DNA of 34,753 bases. Origin: Phoronis australis (taxonomy: Eukaryota; Animalia; Phoronida). Below, piece by piece: positions 22,487-34,497 of this stretch. The notes under the pieces were generated by a model. The model had not been told where the DNA came from and ran no database searches. It saw only the letters and a program-made list of their open reading frames with translations. The DNA is taken from the NCBI GenBank assembly GCA_002633005.1, contig NMRA01000211.1:126419-161171 (forward strand), in the 5' to 3' direction. A program made the position numbers and the translations under genes. Each line of letters starts with the position of its first letter. Position 1 is the first letter of the stretch.

Positions 22487-22560
22487 TGCCGTCGTCATTT
22501 CTTAAAACTGTCTGTCCCGGTAACGGCCATGATGGTCTTGCTGGCTGCTACCGTAGATGA
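22487..22560 (+). CDS. Candidate alternative exon (CRRHFLKLSVPVTAMMVLLAATVD+GA)
   Basis: Very strong acceptor ttgttttctctctcttggcag. Open in phase 0 and exits in phase 2 (GA+G = Glu with exon 22789). Donor gtatct is weak. Internal gccATG at 22529 is in frame. Confidence 0.4.
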
Positions 22561-22788
22561 GTATCTTGTTCAGGGGCTTGTTTCACTAAGATGTAACTTT
22601 ACCACGTATTTTTCGATAAGACTAAGCATAGACTTGGGCTAAAGCATGCGCCTGGTTGTTTGTCTTCATTTAGATTCTGTAAGAAAATATCATGACATTT
22701 TTAGTGAAACAGGGCCCCGACATTTTCATGCGGCACAGTGACCACGCTTGTAAGTGCGTTATATATTTTGATTCGTTCTTGTTCGCAG

Positions 22789-22918
22789 GCCCAGCAAAGA
22801 CAACAGCGACGGTAGTGGTGGTGCTAGTGGAGGTGATGTGGCGACACCACGAGCCAAGACGGCGTCCTCTGCTGGCACCATCAAGACTGAAGTCGGACAT
22901 AGCCAGTTCTTCTCAAAG
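22789..22918 (+). CDS. Internal coding exon (PSKDNSDGSGGASGGDVATPRAKTASSAGTIKTEVGHSQFFSK), low-complexity N-terminal region of an unidentified protein
   Basis: GC-rich island with acceptor ttcgttcttgttcgcag and donor AAG|gtacgc. 130 nt, phase 2 in and 0 out, open frame. Confidence 0.75.
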
Positions 22919-23351
22919 GTACGCAGACAGTAAACTCTAACATTCGGGGAAAAGCAAGCTCTTTTTCGCTCTCTGATTGACTGCACTGGTTTAGTTAGTC
23001 TATTGAAAAACCTTTTTACTTTTTGATTTCCTAAGTAGCCCGCATGTTGTATTTTGAGTATAGTGCAAGATACGCCTGTCTATAATGACTGTGCTGTGAC
23101 ATACGCCTGTCCATTGTTTGGAAGAGACTCCAACTTCCCTCCCCCCAGTGAGGATAGTATCAGGACTCTTTTGTCTCGGTCATAATGCATCGATAAGACA
23201 TGTCATCGTGTGCATTTGGACAACACATTGTGCAGTGGTGCACCTTGAACCATACAAGGACAGGTCAGCGATACCTGTCTAGGCCCTAAGCTCATTAATC
23301 AAGTATCTATCTACCCACAGAGAGTGTGCTAACCTTAATCCTGATAAAATA

Positions 23352-23460
23352 CTAACCATGATATGTGTACTGGTAACCCTAACCATGATATGTGTACTGG
23401 TAACCCTAACCATGATATGTGTACTGGTAATCCTAACCATGATATGGCTACTGGTAACCC
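23352..23460 (+). repeat. 27-bp minisatellite x4 (ctaaccatgatatgtgtactggtaacc)
   Basis: Direct tandem copies; unit junctions form taaccctaacc. Confidence 0.93.
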
Positions 23461-24114
23461 ATGCAAACTACCTGAACTGGTCGAGTTTTATCAAACCAAA
23501 TGGCTGATTTTTTGTAATAAACGTTTTTTGCTATTTCTTATGCAATTAGTTGACGAGGTTTCTTTTTGTTCACATATATTTATAATAGCTTGTAAATGTA
23601 ATTGTTTTAGTGATAATAGACCTCTCGACAAAAGTTTCTGTCCATCTAAGAGTTTTGTTGTCCTTGCCTTTTGAAGTTGTTGTGTCTATTATTGAATATT
23701 TCCCAGTTAGCTATATTAATGAGTCACTCTGATGAAACCTTTCTTTCCTTTGTTCTAGTAGTAATTGACATCGTTCACTATGTCAATAAAGAAGTCAGTA
23801 TTGTGTCTTATCCACCAATAAAGCTGACAAAAAGCCACTTTTAGAAGCAGTAGTGTTCTCGTGTCACCTCGGATCAAGTACCTCCACACGAACAAATATC
23901 TCGACGTTAATTCCCTGTTTTTTATCCCGTCAGCTGGGACTCCTGGGAGCATGTAATGTTGTGCCAGATTTAGATTGTAGCATTTTGCTCGTTATGATTG
24001 TGGAAATCATAAATTTGTGATTCATTGGTAACACTGCCGAGTAGTCTGATAGATTAATGCATTTGTTAACATGATTATAGGATCTAGGAATCAATGAGCT
24101 ATGGCGTGGTTTAA

Positions 24115-24172
24115 TATTATGACCTGATTGGACATTCATTTCATATTATTATGACCTGATTGGACATTCATT
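24115..24172 (+). repeat. 26-bp direct duplication (tattatgacctgattggacattcatt) x2
   Basis: Copies at 24115-24140 and 24147-24172. Confidence 0.9.
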
Positions 24173-25008
24173 GCTTTGTGCTTTCGTCTAAGTGGATATG
24201 TGATCTTCAAAAAAATTCATTTTGTTTTAAGATCTGACGGAAATCCCGAACAATGGCTAAGCAAATGTGAGACCTGGTTCATGTTAAGCCACTTAGAACT
24301 AAGTTAGGAATTTGATCTTGTGCTACACACATTAATTTGTGGAAAACAACTGAACCTCGCTTGTTTCTTGAACTTACGTTGTTTTGTTATTTGTGAAACA
24401 TTGGTCTGTCGAAACTCCTCTGTAACTGCTATCCACCAGATGGCGTTGTCTTAATTGAATATATGCCACCTCTGGTGATTACTCCTTATTTCATTGCCCA
24501 ACTCTGCAGTTTAACCCACCTATTTTGAGAGAAATTGTGATGGCTGTTAAGTCTGGCAGTTATGCTTTCCCATTGACCGAAACTCCGCGAAATGGGAATA
24601 GCTGCGTTGGTAGAAATGCGTCTACAGTTTGGTGTGGGATGATTTTTCATTCCTCTGCAATACACACCTGATAGCAATACACACCTGCTAACAGCCTGGG
24701 TATAATATACAGCCCTTGGTGAATACAGATAACTCCAGTAGCCATTACCTAATGGCTAGACACTGTGAATGACCAGGCTACTTCCTATAGGTACAAGAAT
24801 TTCACTAAGGAAGCTGGTGATCACATGCTTTGCTTGTAAATAGTAATACATGGCAATGTCTGGCAAAGTCTTGCATGATCGTGCTTTAATGCAAGGTTCT
24901 GTTGACTGTGGATGTCATACCTGATATTAATCACCTGTGGATTGTGAGGGCCAATGATTGCCTTGTTGTTCGTAACTGTGAAGGCCAATCACTGGTCTCG
25001 GCATGAAG

Positions 25009-25053
25009 TGATGTCCTGCTGTTGTATTTTTTAATTATAACAGCAGGACATCA
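25009..25053. repeat. 18-bp inverted repeat hairpin with 9-nt loop
   Basis: tgatgtcctgctgttgta pairs with tataacagcaggacatca (one G-T pair). Confidence 0.85.
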
Positions 25054-25085
25054 ATTAAAAATGATTTGGTCAGTAGATTACTAGC

Positions 25086-25151
25086 TATGGGTCGCAGTAT
25101 GGGTCACAGTATGGGTCGCAGTATGGGTCGCAGTATGGGTTGCAGTATTGG
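25086..25151 (+). repeat. 12-bp tandem repeat x5 (tatgggtcgcag)
   Basis: Direct tandem copies. Confidence 0.93.
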
Positions 25152-26383
25152 GAGGAACCACTATGCTCTTTTTAGCTCAATCTCTGAATTTTTGCCTTTC
25201 GCTCTCCTAGCTAATTGAATCACGCACTCGATTTGAGCTATTATTTGATTGGTTGTTGGCCGGTTTTAAATTGCCGTTTGAGTGATTTATCATTCATTTT
25301 TTGCTGCTAATTTCAAGCTGATCTATGTGCTGCATTTTGCTGTAATTTATAAAGATACAGCGGCCCTTATCTTGGTTTATGTTATGACATTCTTTGTCAC
25401 ACTTGACACCAGATGTGACATTTTCTGGCCGAACTGCATCCACACCCATCCTTTCTTTTCTGTTTTCCCATGGTAACAATAGGAATTTCCAAGGTGTTGG
25501 TAGTTTGAATTTATTGCCCACATAGAACCTGGAATTTTGTCAAACGTGCACTGGTTATGATTGTAACAGTTGGAAATATCTACACATGATAATTACTGTG
25601 GTTAACCAAATGTTCCATATATGGTCATCACAGTTTGGTCTGTATTTCCATCTGACTATGCTATTGACAGTTTTTTAATTAAAAAAACTTGTAATTAACC
25701 TCAAATAAAAGAACGTGAACTTCAGAAGATTTTGTCTTTAGTCCTTGCCAGTTGCATAGTTGTACCTTCAATGGAGGAAGTATTTTTGAGCCTGTTTTGT
25801 GACAGTATTGCAGGACATTAGTATTGGTTTTGAATAATATTGCTGGGAGGTACGGTACTCGACTATATTGTTGCAGGAAAGGGAGGTGCTGCTGATACAT
25901 TAGGATACTCATCCATTTAGAGAGTAGACATGAAAAGGGGTACCCATTTGTAAGTAGTTTCTATGAAAAAATCACCCTTTCGGAGTTTTAGGATTTAATT
26001 AAATAAACCTGACACTTTCATAGGGATTCTTGGATTGCTGAATTTTTTAGACGAAATTTATTGCCATTTTGTCAAAAGTGAGTTCATTGTTTGCATTTTT
26101 TAAAATATGTATTAGTGAAACCCTTCTGCAGACTTGTATATTTGGAAAAAGGAACCTTTGAAGAGTTTTGAACTCTTAAAGTGAACCCATAAGCAATCCC
26201 TTCTTTCGTAGGGATTTTATGGCAAGAGGCATGTACGGAAACATGTCGTGAAAAGTCACCCTTTTTAGCGGCACGTCCCATGAACCTCTGCTGTGGGAAC
26301 ATTCCCCCCTTTAGATAGGATACTACCTAACCTTGCCTCTTAGCTTTTCGTGGCAGTAAATGAAAAAGTTTTGCAAATGCCTG

Positions 26384-26449
26384 TTGGACAATTAACTAAA
26401 CTTGGACAATTAACTAAACTTGGACATTTAACTAAACTTGGACATTAAC
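26384..26449 (+). repeat. 18-bp tandem repeat x3.5 (ttggacaattaactaaac)
   Basis: Direct tandem copies. Confidence 0.92.
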
Positions 26450-27049
26450 CTGAAACAATATGATGGAGAAAAATACTGTGATAGCCAAGAAACTTAGAAC
26501 ACTTGTACTGGTGAATTCAAAGAAAGCAACAATGAATTTATTGAAATTTACAAACTCAACTGATGTAATGAACGCTGACTCAGAGATGGTGGGCGGTTGT
26601 TGTTGTCTGAGATTGTTTAGTGGTTGAAGGAGGCATGGTCTTGACCACAGTCTGCTATCATTATCACCCACTGTCTGAAGTGGGGTGAAGAAGACACAGG
26701 GACAGCTGTCTCTTACAGTCCCTGTGCCATTAAAAGCTACACTGAATGTTTAGGTTATGTAGGGCCATAGGAAAGTGGCCAAACTTAGTTACCTTTGCAA
26801 TAACATGTCTCAGAAATGGCCAGTTGACCTCAGACATGGACAGTGAGACATGGACAGTTGAATTCTTATGAAACTTTCAGATACCATGTATTAAGCTCTG
26901 TTCTCCAAAACTTTTTAGGAATTGTTTTTAAAATGTCCATTTTTTACTATAAAAATGAGACCAGGAAGTGATAATTTAGAATTATCGTTTCTGGTATTTT
27001 ATCCTGGACATTTATATCGAGCGAAATTTGGTCATGTTATCGATGTCCT

Positions 27050-27221
27050 TGTTTGGCTATGAATTTATCTGTCTGAGGGGTCTGCTTGGAGTCTAAGGGG
27101 TCTGCTTGGGTCACCATATTTGGCTATGAATTTATCTGTCTAAAGGGTCTGCTTGGGTCACCATGTTTGGCTATGAATTTTTCTGTCTAATGGGTCTGCT
27201 TGGGCCACCATGTTGGGTCAC
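27050..27221 (+). repeat. ~47-bp degenerate tandem repeat x3 (tgtttggctatgaatttatctgtctaaggggtctgcttgggtcacca)
   Basis: Three copies; the first has an internal sub-duplication. Confidence 0.88.
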
Positions 27222-27961
27222 TTTTTACAGTGGAGACAGAGGAATCAAAGGGGCGCTGTGTTTTTTCGTGTTCACGGTTTCACTTTTATGATGGGGAGAA
27301 TGAATGTAGCTGAAACTGTAAGCAGGTTCAATTTTAAAAACAAAGGAGACCTGTTAAGAATATTTTTATGTAACATTAGACCTTTGTTATTTGGATGCTG
27401 GGTACATGCACTAAAAACACTGTAACATGTAGGAGACTTGAAATGAGAGGAAACTACGCAGTTGAATTGATCTGAAATAATCTGATATTTGCATGCTGCT
27501 ATTAGTGCAGTATAGGTTGTGTGATTTTTTCAATGCGTTGTGCTAAAAATAAGACAATGTATGCAAGAAATGTCAGTGTCTTGACTAGGCTTTGAAACGC
27601 ATTATCACATAGCTTACCGAGTGTACCCTGAATTAAAAAATGAAAGATCTATGCCGAAAGCAAAGTTGTTAGATTTATTTTGCAACAATTAATTTAACCC
27701 TTTCTAACTTATCATGTATCTGTTCTTTGATATGTCAATCACATTGTATCGGATTAATTTGATATTGCATCAGGGTGTTCCCGATCCTATTGACTTTACC
27801 TGCTAATCACTTGGATGTAGATCTGTGTGAGGGAAGGTTCTCTCTGTCCAATTTCCTGTCTAAGTTCACCTTGAACAGTAGCACCAGGTAAGCTGTGATT
27901 GCCGGTTAGAGGACCTTGTGCTGTGGTACATCTGTAATTGGTTTATTTAAAATGGGAATAT

Positions 27962-28363
27962 TCAAGGTACCTAAACTACACGGTCAACGGACTCATAAGC
28001 ACGGGGCACGGACCCATGAACACGACTCACGGACCTGCAAACACCGTCCACTAACTCACAAACACGGGAACGGACTCACAAAACACGATCCACGCACCCA
28101 AATACACGGGACACGGACTCATATTCCCGAGGAAACACGGTTAACACACCGCCAAACACGGGTCACGGACAAAATGGAGATGTCAGCTGACCCAGGAAGC
28201 CGATGAGTCCGTGTCCCGTGTATTTGGGAGCGTGGATCGTGTTTTGTGAGTCCGTTCCCGAATTTGTGAGTCAGTGGACAGTGTTTGCATGTCTGTGAGT
28301 CGTGTCCATGCATCCATGCTCTGTGTTCATGAGTCCGTTGACCGTGTAGTTTAGGTACCTTGA
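27962..28363. mobile_element. 402-bp foldback MITE with 161-bp inverted arms and probable 3-bp TAT target-site duplication
   Basis: 27962-28122 is the imperfect reverse complement of 28203-28363. The outer 34 bp (tcaaggtacctaaactacacggtcaacggactca) match perfectly. 80-bp spacer; tat on both sides. Confidence 0.88.
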
Positions 28364-29023
28364 TATTGGATTTATTCTACTCAGGCTTATTTCTGTGACA
28401 CACAGTTTTTCTTTCCAGATCATTTATAGTTCCTTTTTTATCCGAGGTCAAAGCGTTTTATCTTCAATGAGCCAGTCACAAAACTCAGTTAAGTACGGTA
28501 GCTATGGATTGATTTCTTTTCTCATGTCTGACACCCTCCTGACAGGCTTGTTACAGTATGTTTTGGTCTGAGTGAGGTATTCAACTACTAGTTTCATTGT
28601 GTTTATGTTGAGACATTTCAATATTTTGTAAACACAACCAGGGCATTTCTGTGTTCACCTAGGGGCTAACCAAGTGCTGTGACCTGCCCCTGATAATATC
28701 TGGTCTCTGGGGTTGTTTTGTGCATGTTAAGGTGTTGACTTTGCCCTGGGCTTGTTGTTTTGCCCATTCCTGGAATGGTTGTTTAGTGTGACAAGAAATT
28801 GTGGGAAGCATCGCATGTGAGAGGAACATTGTGTTGTTGACTGCTCAAGCATTTCCGTGTTCACTGTTGGAGTGTTCGGTCACTGGTCACTGAATGGCTT
28901 CACTGCTTCGTACACTGACATTTGTTTGAAATGGTCGTTGAAATGTCTGCCGGATTTGTTAGTGTAAGTTGCCTGTTTTTTTGACAGTCATGTTGCTGTT
29001 TTACTATGAATTTGTGTTAGTTG

Positions 29024-29256
29024 TGTAGTAGTGTAGTTTGTAATAGTTCTGTAGTAGTGTAGTTTGTAATAGTTCTGTAGTAGTGTAGTTTGTAATAGTT
29101 CTGTAGTAGTGTAGTTTGTAATAGTTCTGTAGTAGTGTAGTTTGTAATAGTTCTGTAGTAGTGTAGTTTGTATTAGTTCTGTAGTAGTGTAGTTTGTAAT
29201 AGTTCTGTAGTAGTGTAGTTTGTAATAGTTCTGTAGTAGTGTAGTTTGTAATAGTT
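29024..29256 (+). repeat. 26-bp minisatellite x9 (tgtagtagtgtagtttgtaatagttc)
   Basis: Nearly perfect tandem copies. Confidence 0.97.
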
Positions 29257-30841
29257 GAGAATTTACTTGGAAGGCAAAGGTAACTATCGTGCCTCAGTTC
29301 GCATCAGTAGGAAAAGGAATTGCGGGATAGATGTAGTTTTTGTAATCGTATCAGGAAGTTGAGTTGGTAGATGAGCAATGCATTGCCACACGTCGGTTGT
29401 GGTCATCGTAAAGCTAAAGAAGTGCAGCAAGTGGGTCAGGTTCCTATGATTATAAGAGTGCGTTTCCCTTTTACCACACTGAGGTCTCCACTGTTTCAGA
29501 AAACAATGAAGTGTGTAATTTCTTTGCTCGTGAGTTTTAGGCTATGTTCTGGCAAAATTTCAGTTTTTAATGTGGTCATGTAGCAGTTCCAATAGCCCAG
29601 TCTGTCAGGGATGCTTGTAAATAAACAGGACTGGCACAGTGGCCTGCTGAGTTGATAAAACAATCTGTTGATGGAGTGTTATTCATTTTGAGCTAGTCTC
29701 TTTCACACTCAACTGATATGTAATGTGCATGGTTTGTTAATTAACATCTGTTTGTGATGGTTTAATTCAGTTTCTACAGTGGCCGCCATAAAATTGTAGT
29801 TTGACAAATCAGTTGTTTATTAGTACTAAGAAACAGAAGTACTGCTCTGGTCTGGGATTCCAGGGGGATTAAACTGGGAATCTCCTAAAATTAGTGGCTG
29901 AGCATTAAGCCAAACATGGACATTGGAAGCAAATTTTTTGAGAAGTCGGCAGCTAAGCTCTTAGTTGATCGTGTTTATTCACTGGAAACTTGATTTACTT
30001 GGAGTTGAAGTGCAACATTGTTATATAGCATTATTAGCACAATGTATTGGTAATCAAGTAGTGTATGTTACAGTAGATAAAATGCAAGACAGACTCTGTC
30101 TGCTTATGGTAGGCATTAGAGCCCAGAATGGGTGTTCGGCATTGAAAATATGGAAATTTTTGGGGTGGGTGATAAGGCCAACTGAGGTATTACCCTTGAG
30201 GAGTTTGATAGACAAAAGGTAATGACATTCTCCTAGTCTGTTAATTATAATTGTCCAGGTGGGAAATGTTGCCTGCAACCTTTGGTAACTTGGTAATGAA
30301 TCTAAGACTGGTCTGTGTCTGGTGAAAACATGCTCTGCTTCTGTTGAACTTAAAATTAGTACCATGCCCTCTGTCTGATTAATGGCTTTCAAATTTGAAT
30401 TTATTGGTGACATTAATATATTGCAATATTGCATGTCAAATGTGTGAGAAATCTTTTGAAACTTTAGTGCATTTAGTTGAAATGCCTATATATCGGAATA
30501 GTGTTTTCTTATACGTTCATTTGTATTAATTTTTAAAGGATTTTCCATGCCGGAAAGCAGCTGTTCTGAATGAAGAATTGTCCCCTAGTATGGACCAATA
30601 GCTTTTCTAATTTTCTGAAAAATAACGGGAAGATTAGAAGACTTTATTCACGAGGAACCTTATGCTAAAGAATCCCATTGAATCTTAGATTAGCACAATG
30701 GGCTCAACGGTGTAGCCTAAGCCTGCCTGGTACGTCGTAGGAGGTACCAGGCCACTTGCCTATTTTTTTTTTTTTTTTAAAATATGGACCAACCTAGGGA
30801 CTACCCCACTAGGGTATGGTGTCCAATATACAAAGGATATG

Positions 30842-30876
30842 TAGGACGGTACTAGGACGGTACTAGGACGGTACTA
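30842..30876 (+). repeat. 11-bp tandem repeat x3 (taggacggtac)
   Basis: Direct tandem copies. Confidence 0.88.
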
Positions 30877-33043
30877 TGACTTTATCAACCAGTCTGTGCA
30901 TTCAGTGAAATATCTACAAAAGTCTAAAAATTAGCTTAATCCTAAAATTGTATATTTTCTACAAGTTGGAAACCTTGATTTTTGACTTAAAAACAGTCTG
31001 TCATTAATTGGATCACATGATCATGTCTTTGACGTAAAATTTAGCTAACAAAAAAGCATTCATAGAATATCATCATCAACAGCGTGGCCAAATTTTATTT
31101 GATAAAAATGTTCTGAGAAACAGTGTTGCAGTTTTCTGAAATATAATTTCATTTTCGTTTGATGCAGCTTTTGATCTTTTTCATTTAAATCGTCTTATAT
31201 TTTGATAGCCCCTCGTACAAAAGTGGAACACTTTAAAGACAATACCTCTCAGCGATTTGGAGAACAGTGTACAAAGCATAGTTAGCCAAATTCGGACAGT
31301 TTTCTTGGGTATTGTGAAACCTTAAAGGAAGCTATTATAATGATGTTTCTCTGACGTGTGTTTACAATGTGCATGTATGACTAATGGGTCTAGTACTAGG
31401 AAAAAAGTAAAACTGTCTGAAAGGGTCCATGCTTTAAGGCTTAAACAGGAAGTAAAATAAGATTTCTTGTCAAAGGTCAAGAGGGACCTCCTGTTCTTCA
31501 GCTGGAGTAAACATAAATTGATCTGTTCGCAGTTGCAAAGGTCATGGTGCCAATTAATGGTATCCAGGATTTATTTGATATCTTCTGACATCTGATAATG
31601 CAAACAGATACATAATTATCATGAAACTGTTTTGCTATCATCCTCGGCAATTAAACTGTCGATTAGGATTCTCTCCCAGACAAAATGAAAATATGATTCA
31701 CCCAGCCTGTCATGTTTTTGCCTTTATTTTTGCGCTGTTATTGAAACTTATGTAGTTACAGTTAGCATTCTCTTGCTGAGTGTGTTGTGGTAATATCTCA
31801 CCAAGTTTGGATAAACATTATTTCCAAAAGTGACTTTATTTCATTGTTGAAGAGCTTTTAATATGGTTGCCTACAATTTTTCAAAATTCTGTCTGATGGT
31901 AGCTATGGTTACTAAAACCTGAACATGAAAATAACATGTTTCATAGAGTAATGATAAAACAATATTTCACTTGTCGGCCATATCATGTCCTCAACTGGTG
32001 AGTTTTTACGACTAAAAATAAAAAATATGTACCTTTATTAGATTTTTCACTATTACATTCATATTCACGTACATACATATATACAATGATAGACATTTCG
32101 CTAAACTCCAGAGAAATATCCCGAGTCTGTATACAACATGTATATTTCCGCAGCAAACCATGCTAAAATGCTGTCCATACTATGAGTAACCTTACATCAA
32201 CACTGAGTGTCCAAACTTCATCCCCTACATCAGGGGACAAATATGGTGCAAAACAATTAGACACCCCTATGTGGGTAACTGAATAAGCTCACAGCTGGTT
32301 ATTACTTCCACATCTGCACATTTGCCTCCAGACTATAAATTGTGCTGGGAAAAGTGTTCCCAGAACAGGTTATCCTACCTCCATACCATTGGGGTAAGTT
32401 GCTTCATGTGTCAAATTGCTCCAGTGCAAACAACACACACGCAGCACCTAGCACAACTCAGTAGTAGTAGGTAACTTGTTCTAGTGTAAATTTTATGTCA
32501 CCTGATAAACTAAGTCCAAATGGTAAGAATCACGTATCAAGGCTGCTGGTGTAATCATTTATGGGGTTGTATGGTCACTAATGATGCTGGACTGAAGTTC
32601 AATTAAATGCCTGTCATATGTATATGAATATGGATGTAATCGTGAAAAGTTTTGTTGATTCATTTCTCCATTATGTTGTGAAGGAATATCGGTTGGAGTC
32701 GTAGTTAATCACTGCGTTCATCGTAGTTCTTTTATTGATGGCCGCATATGTTTCGGCAGTTATCGCATACCTACTTTATATGCAGAGCTTGCCCACAGAC
32801 GGGGCTGCCTTGGGCGCAGCTCTGATCGGACCCATCCTCGCGTGATGGACACATCAAGTGCCTAATTATACCCTCAAAATAGCCATGTTGAAATTGTGTG
32901 GTAAGTGCATATACTACGAGACAAATGCTTACCCTCTGCACACAGAGGGATGGAAGGGAAAACAATTGTCCATTATAATAATGTAAACGGTGACAGTGTT
33001 AGATCATGCCATGTAGCACTGAGATCCAGCACATGAAAGGTCA

Positions 33044-33078
33044 ACCGTTGCGCACTATTTACCGTTGCGCACTATTTA
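33044..33078 (+). repeat. 17-bp tandem duplication (accgttgcgcactattt) x2
   Basis: Perfect copies. Confidence 0.88.
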
Positions 33079-33245
33079 TACATGGTCGTGGATCTTGCGT
33101 GGCTACCATCATATTGTTCTGCGCATTATTTACAAATTCCTTGAAATGCTACATGGATTGATTAAAATTGGGCAAAAACGATAATCATAAAAGCAACCAC
33201 TTGCTATTGACTGAGTGCTAACTGTTGTTGATCTTATTATTACAG

Positions 33246-33328
33246 TTGGGCATCCTTCCCATTTATGAGTCGACCAGTAACTCTAGTCTACAGAGGACTG
33301 CCACTGTGCGCTTCAAACAAATGACCAG
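33246..33328 (+). CDS. Internal coding exon (LGILPIYESTSNSSLQRTATVRFKQMT+AG) of the plus-strand gene; the gene probably continues beyond the window
   Basis: Acceptor tcttattattacag, donor CAG|gtagga. 83 nt, open in phase 0, matching the donor after 22918. Confidence 0.66.
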
Positions 33329-34497
33329 GTAGGACATCTGTTGGTGTTCGTTGTCATTGAAATGTTTACTGCTTCACTTCACAGATGGACAAACTGGCAT
33401 GGACTGGCGGTTTGTGAGCCTTCTCTCGTATTTTCCTTAGAAATTATCCTTTGACGGTGTTCAGGTTGTTGTGTATTTTTGTAATTGTGGCAGCAGGGTA
33501 GCATCACATTATAGACCCAAAGTTTGTCCAGAAAATGGGTTCTGTATACTAGCTCTCTTTGGTTTATTTCTCAGTTTACCAATCCAAGTCTAGTTTACCT
33601 GTGAATGTTGACAATTTTATGGAAAAATGGTAAATGCTGAGGACTCAGTGCGATTGACTCTCAAGTTTATCGTCCTTGGCTTGAAGTAGTGTTAGTGTTT
33701 ACATGCTGTTCAGAAGTGCGGGTTGTGAGTCTTGGATCTTGTGCATGGTGTTTGCTGGTCACGAACTCGCGGACTCTCGTTTTGAGGCTAAAACCCAGTT
33801 TTGAAAATATGTGAAGTGGGTTCCTGTACCCAGCTGATAGGACTGCATTGTGCCAGCTTCCTGTTTAAAGCAGGTCTTATTCTCTGTTACATAATGTAGA
33901 TAGTTCAAATGAACAGCCATCTCAAAACAAATATTATGATTCTGAGTTCACTAACAGGGCATTCATGTGTACACAATTGGGGAAATTGTGTTGTGTGAAT
34001 CACTGGTTTTGCACATTGCTGTGTAATTTTGATGATCACAGAATTAACACTGTGCAGTATAGACATGTGGCTGGGGCATAACCTGGTTTGGTTAATTAAA
34101 TGTGATTCTCATTAGTTGAAGTATGATTAATTGCAGTGAAGCCTGTCTCAGTTTTAAACCCTCACTGGTCATTGCATTAGGTCACAGTTTGCTGGCCAAC
34201 AGAGCCACAGAGTACTTAATCTGAGGTGGGGGAACAGGTTTTTGTTCAAAGACAACCGCAATTTCGCCGACTCCATGTAATTAAAGTTAAATTTGTTCAA
34301 AATGCTGTTGCGGGTACGGGTACGTTGCTTTAATTCACTTCCATCTGTGCATATTACTTTATGAATGCAGAAGAGGTTTACTCACAGGAATATTATGAGT
34401 GCATATTAGTGTTTACATGGTCTTTGATTGTAAATTTTGTTTCGGGTTAAGATCAACTCTATGGCTCAGTATGCCTATTGTTGTCACCCTGAAGTAT

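Noticed and set aside
22692-22940. ORF-track frames over exon 22789
   Set aside because: Splice phases support a different plus-strand frame (PSKDNSDG...). The listed ORFs are shadow frames.
25844-26310. Possible old DNA-transposon remnant
   Set aside because: Only vague terminal resemblance; no verifiable TIR or TSD.
27774-27887. Candidate exon with strong donor CAG|gtaagc
   Set aside because: Its open frame is phase 2/2, incompatible with the flanking phase-0 junction, and the acceptor is poor. It could still be non-coding.
33385-33413. Micro-exon candidate after exon 33328
   Set aside because: It would need a 56-nt intron and the donor and phase are ambiguous.
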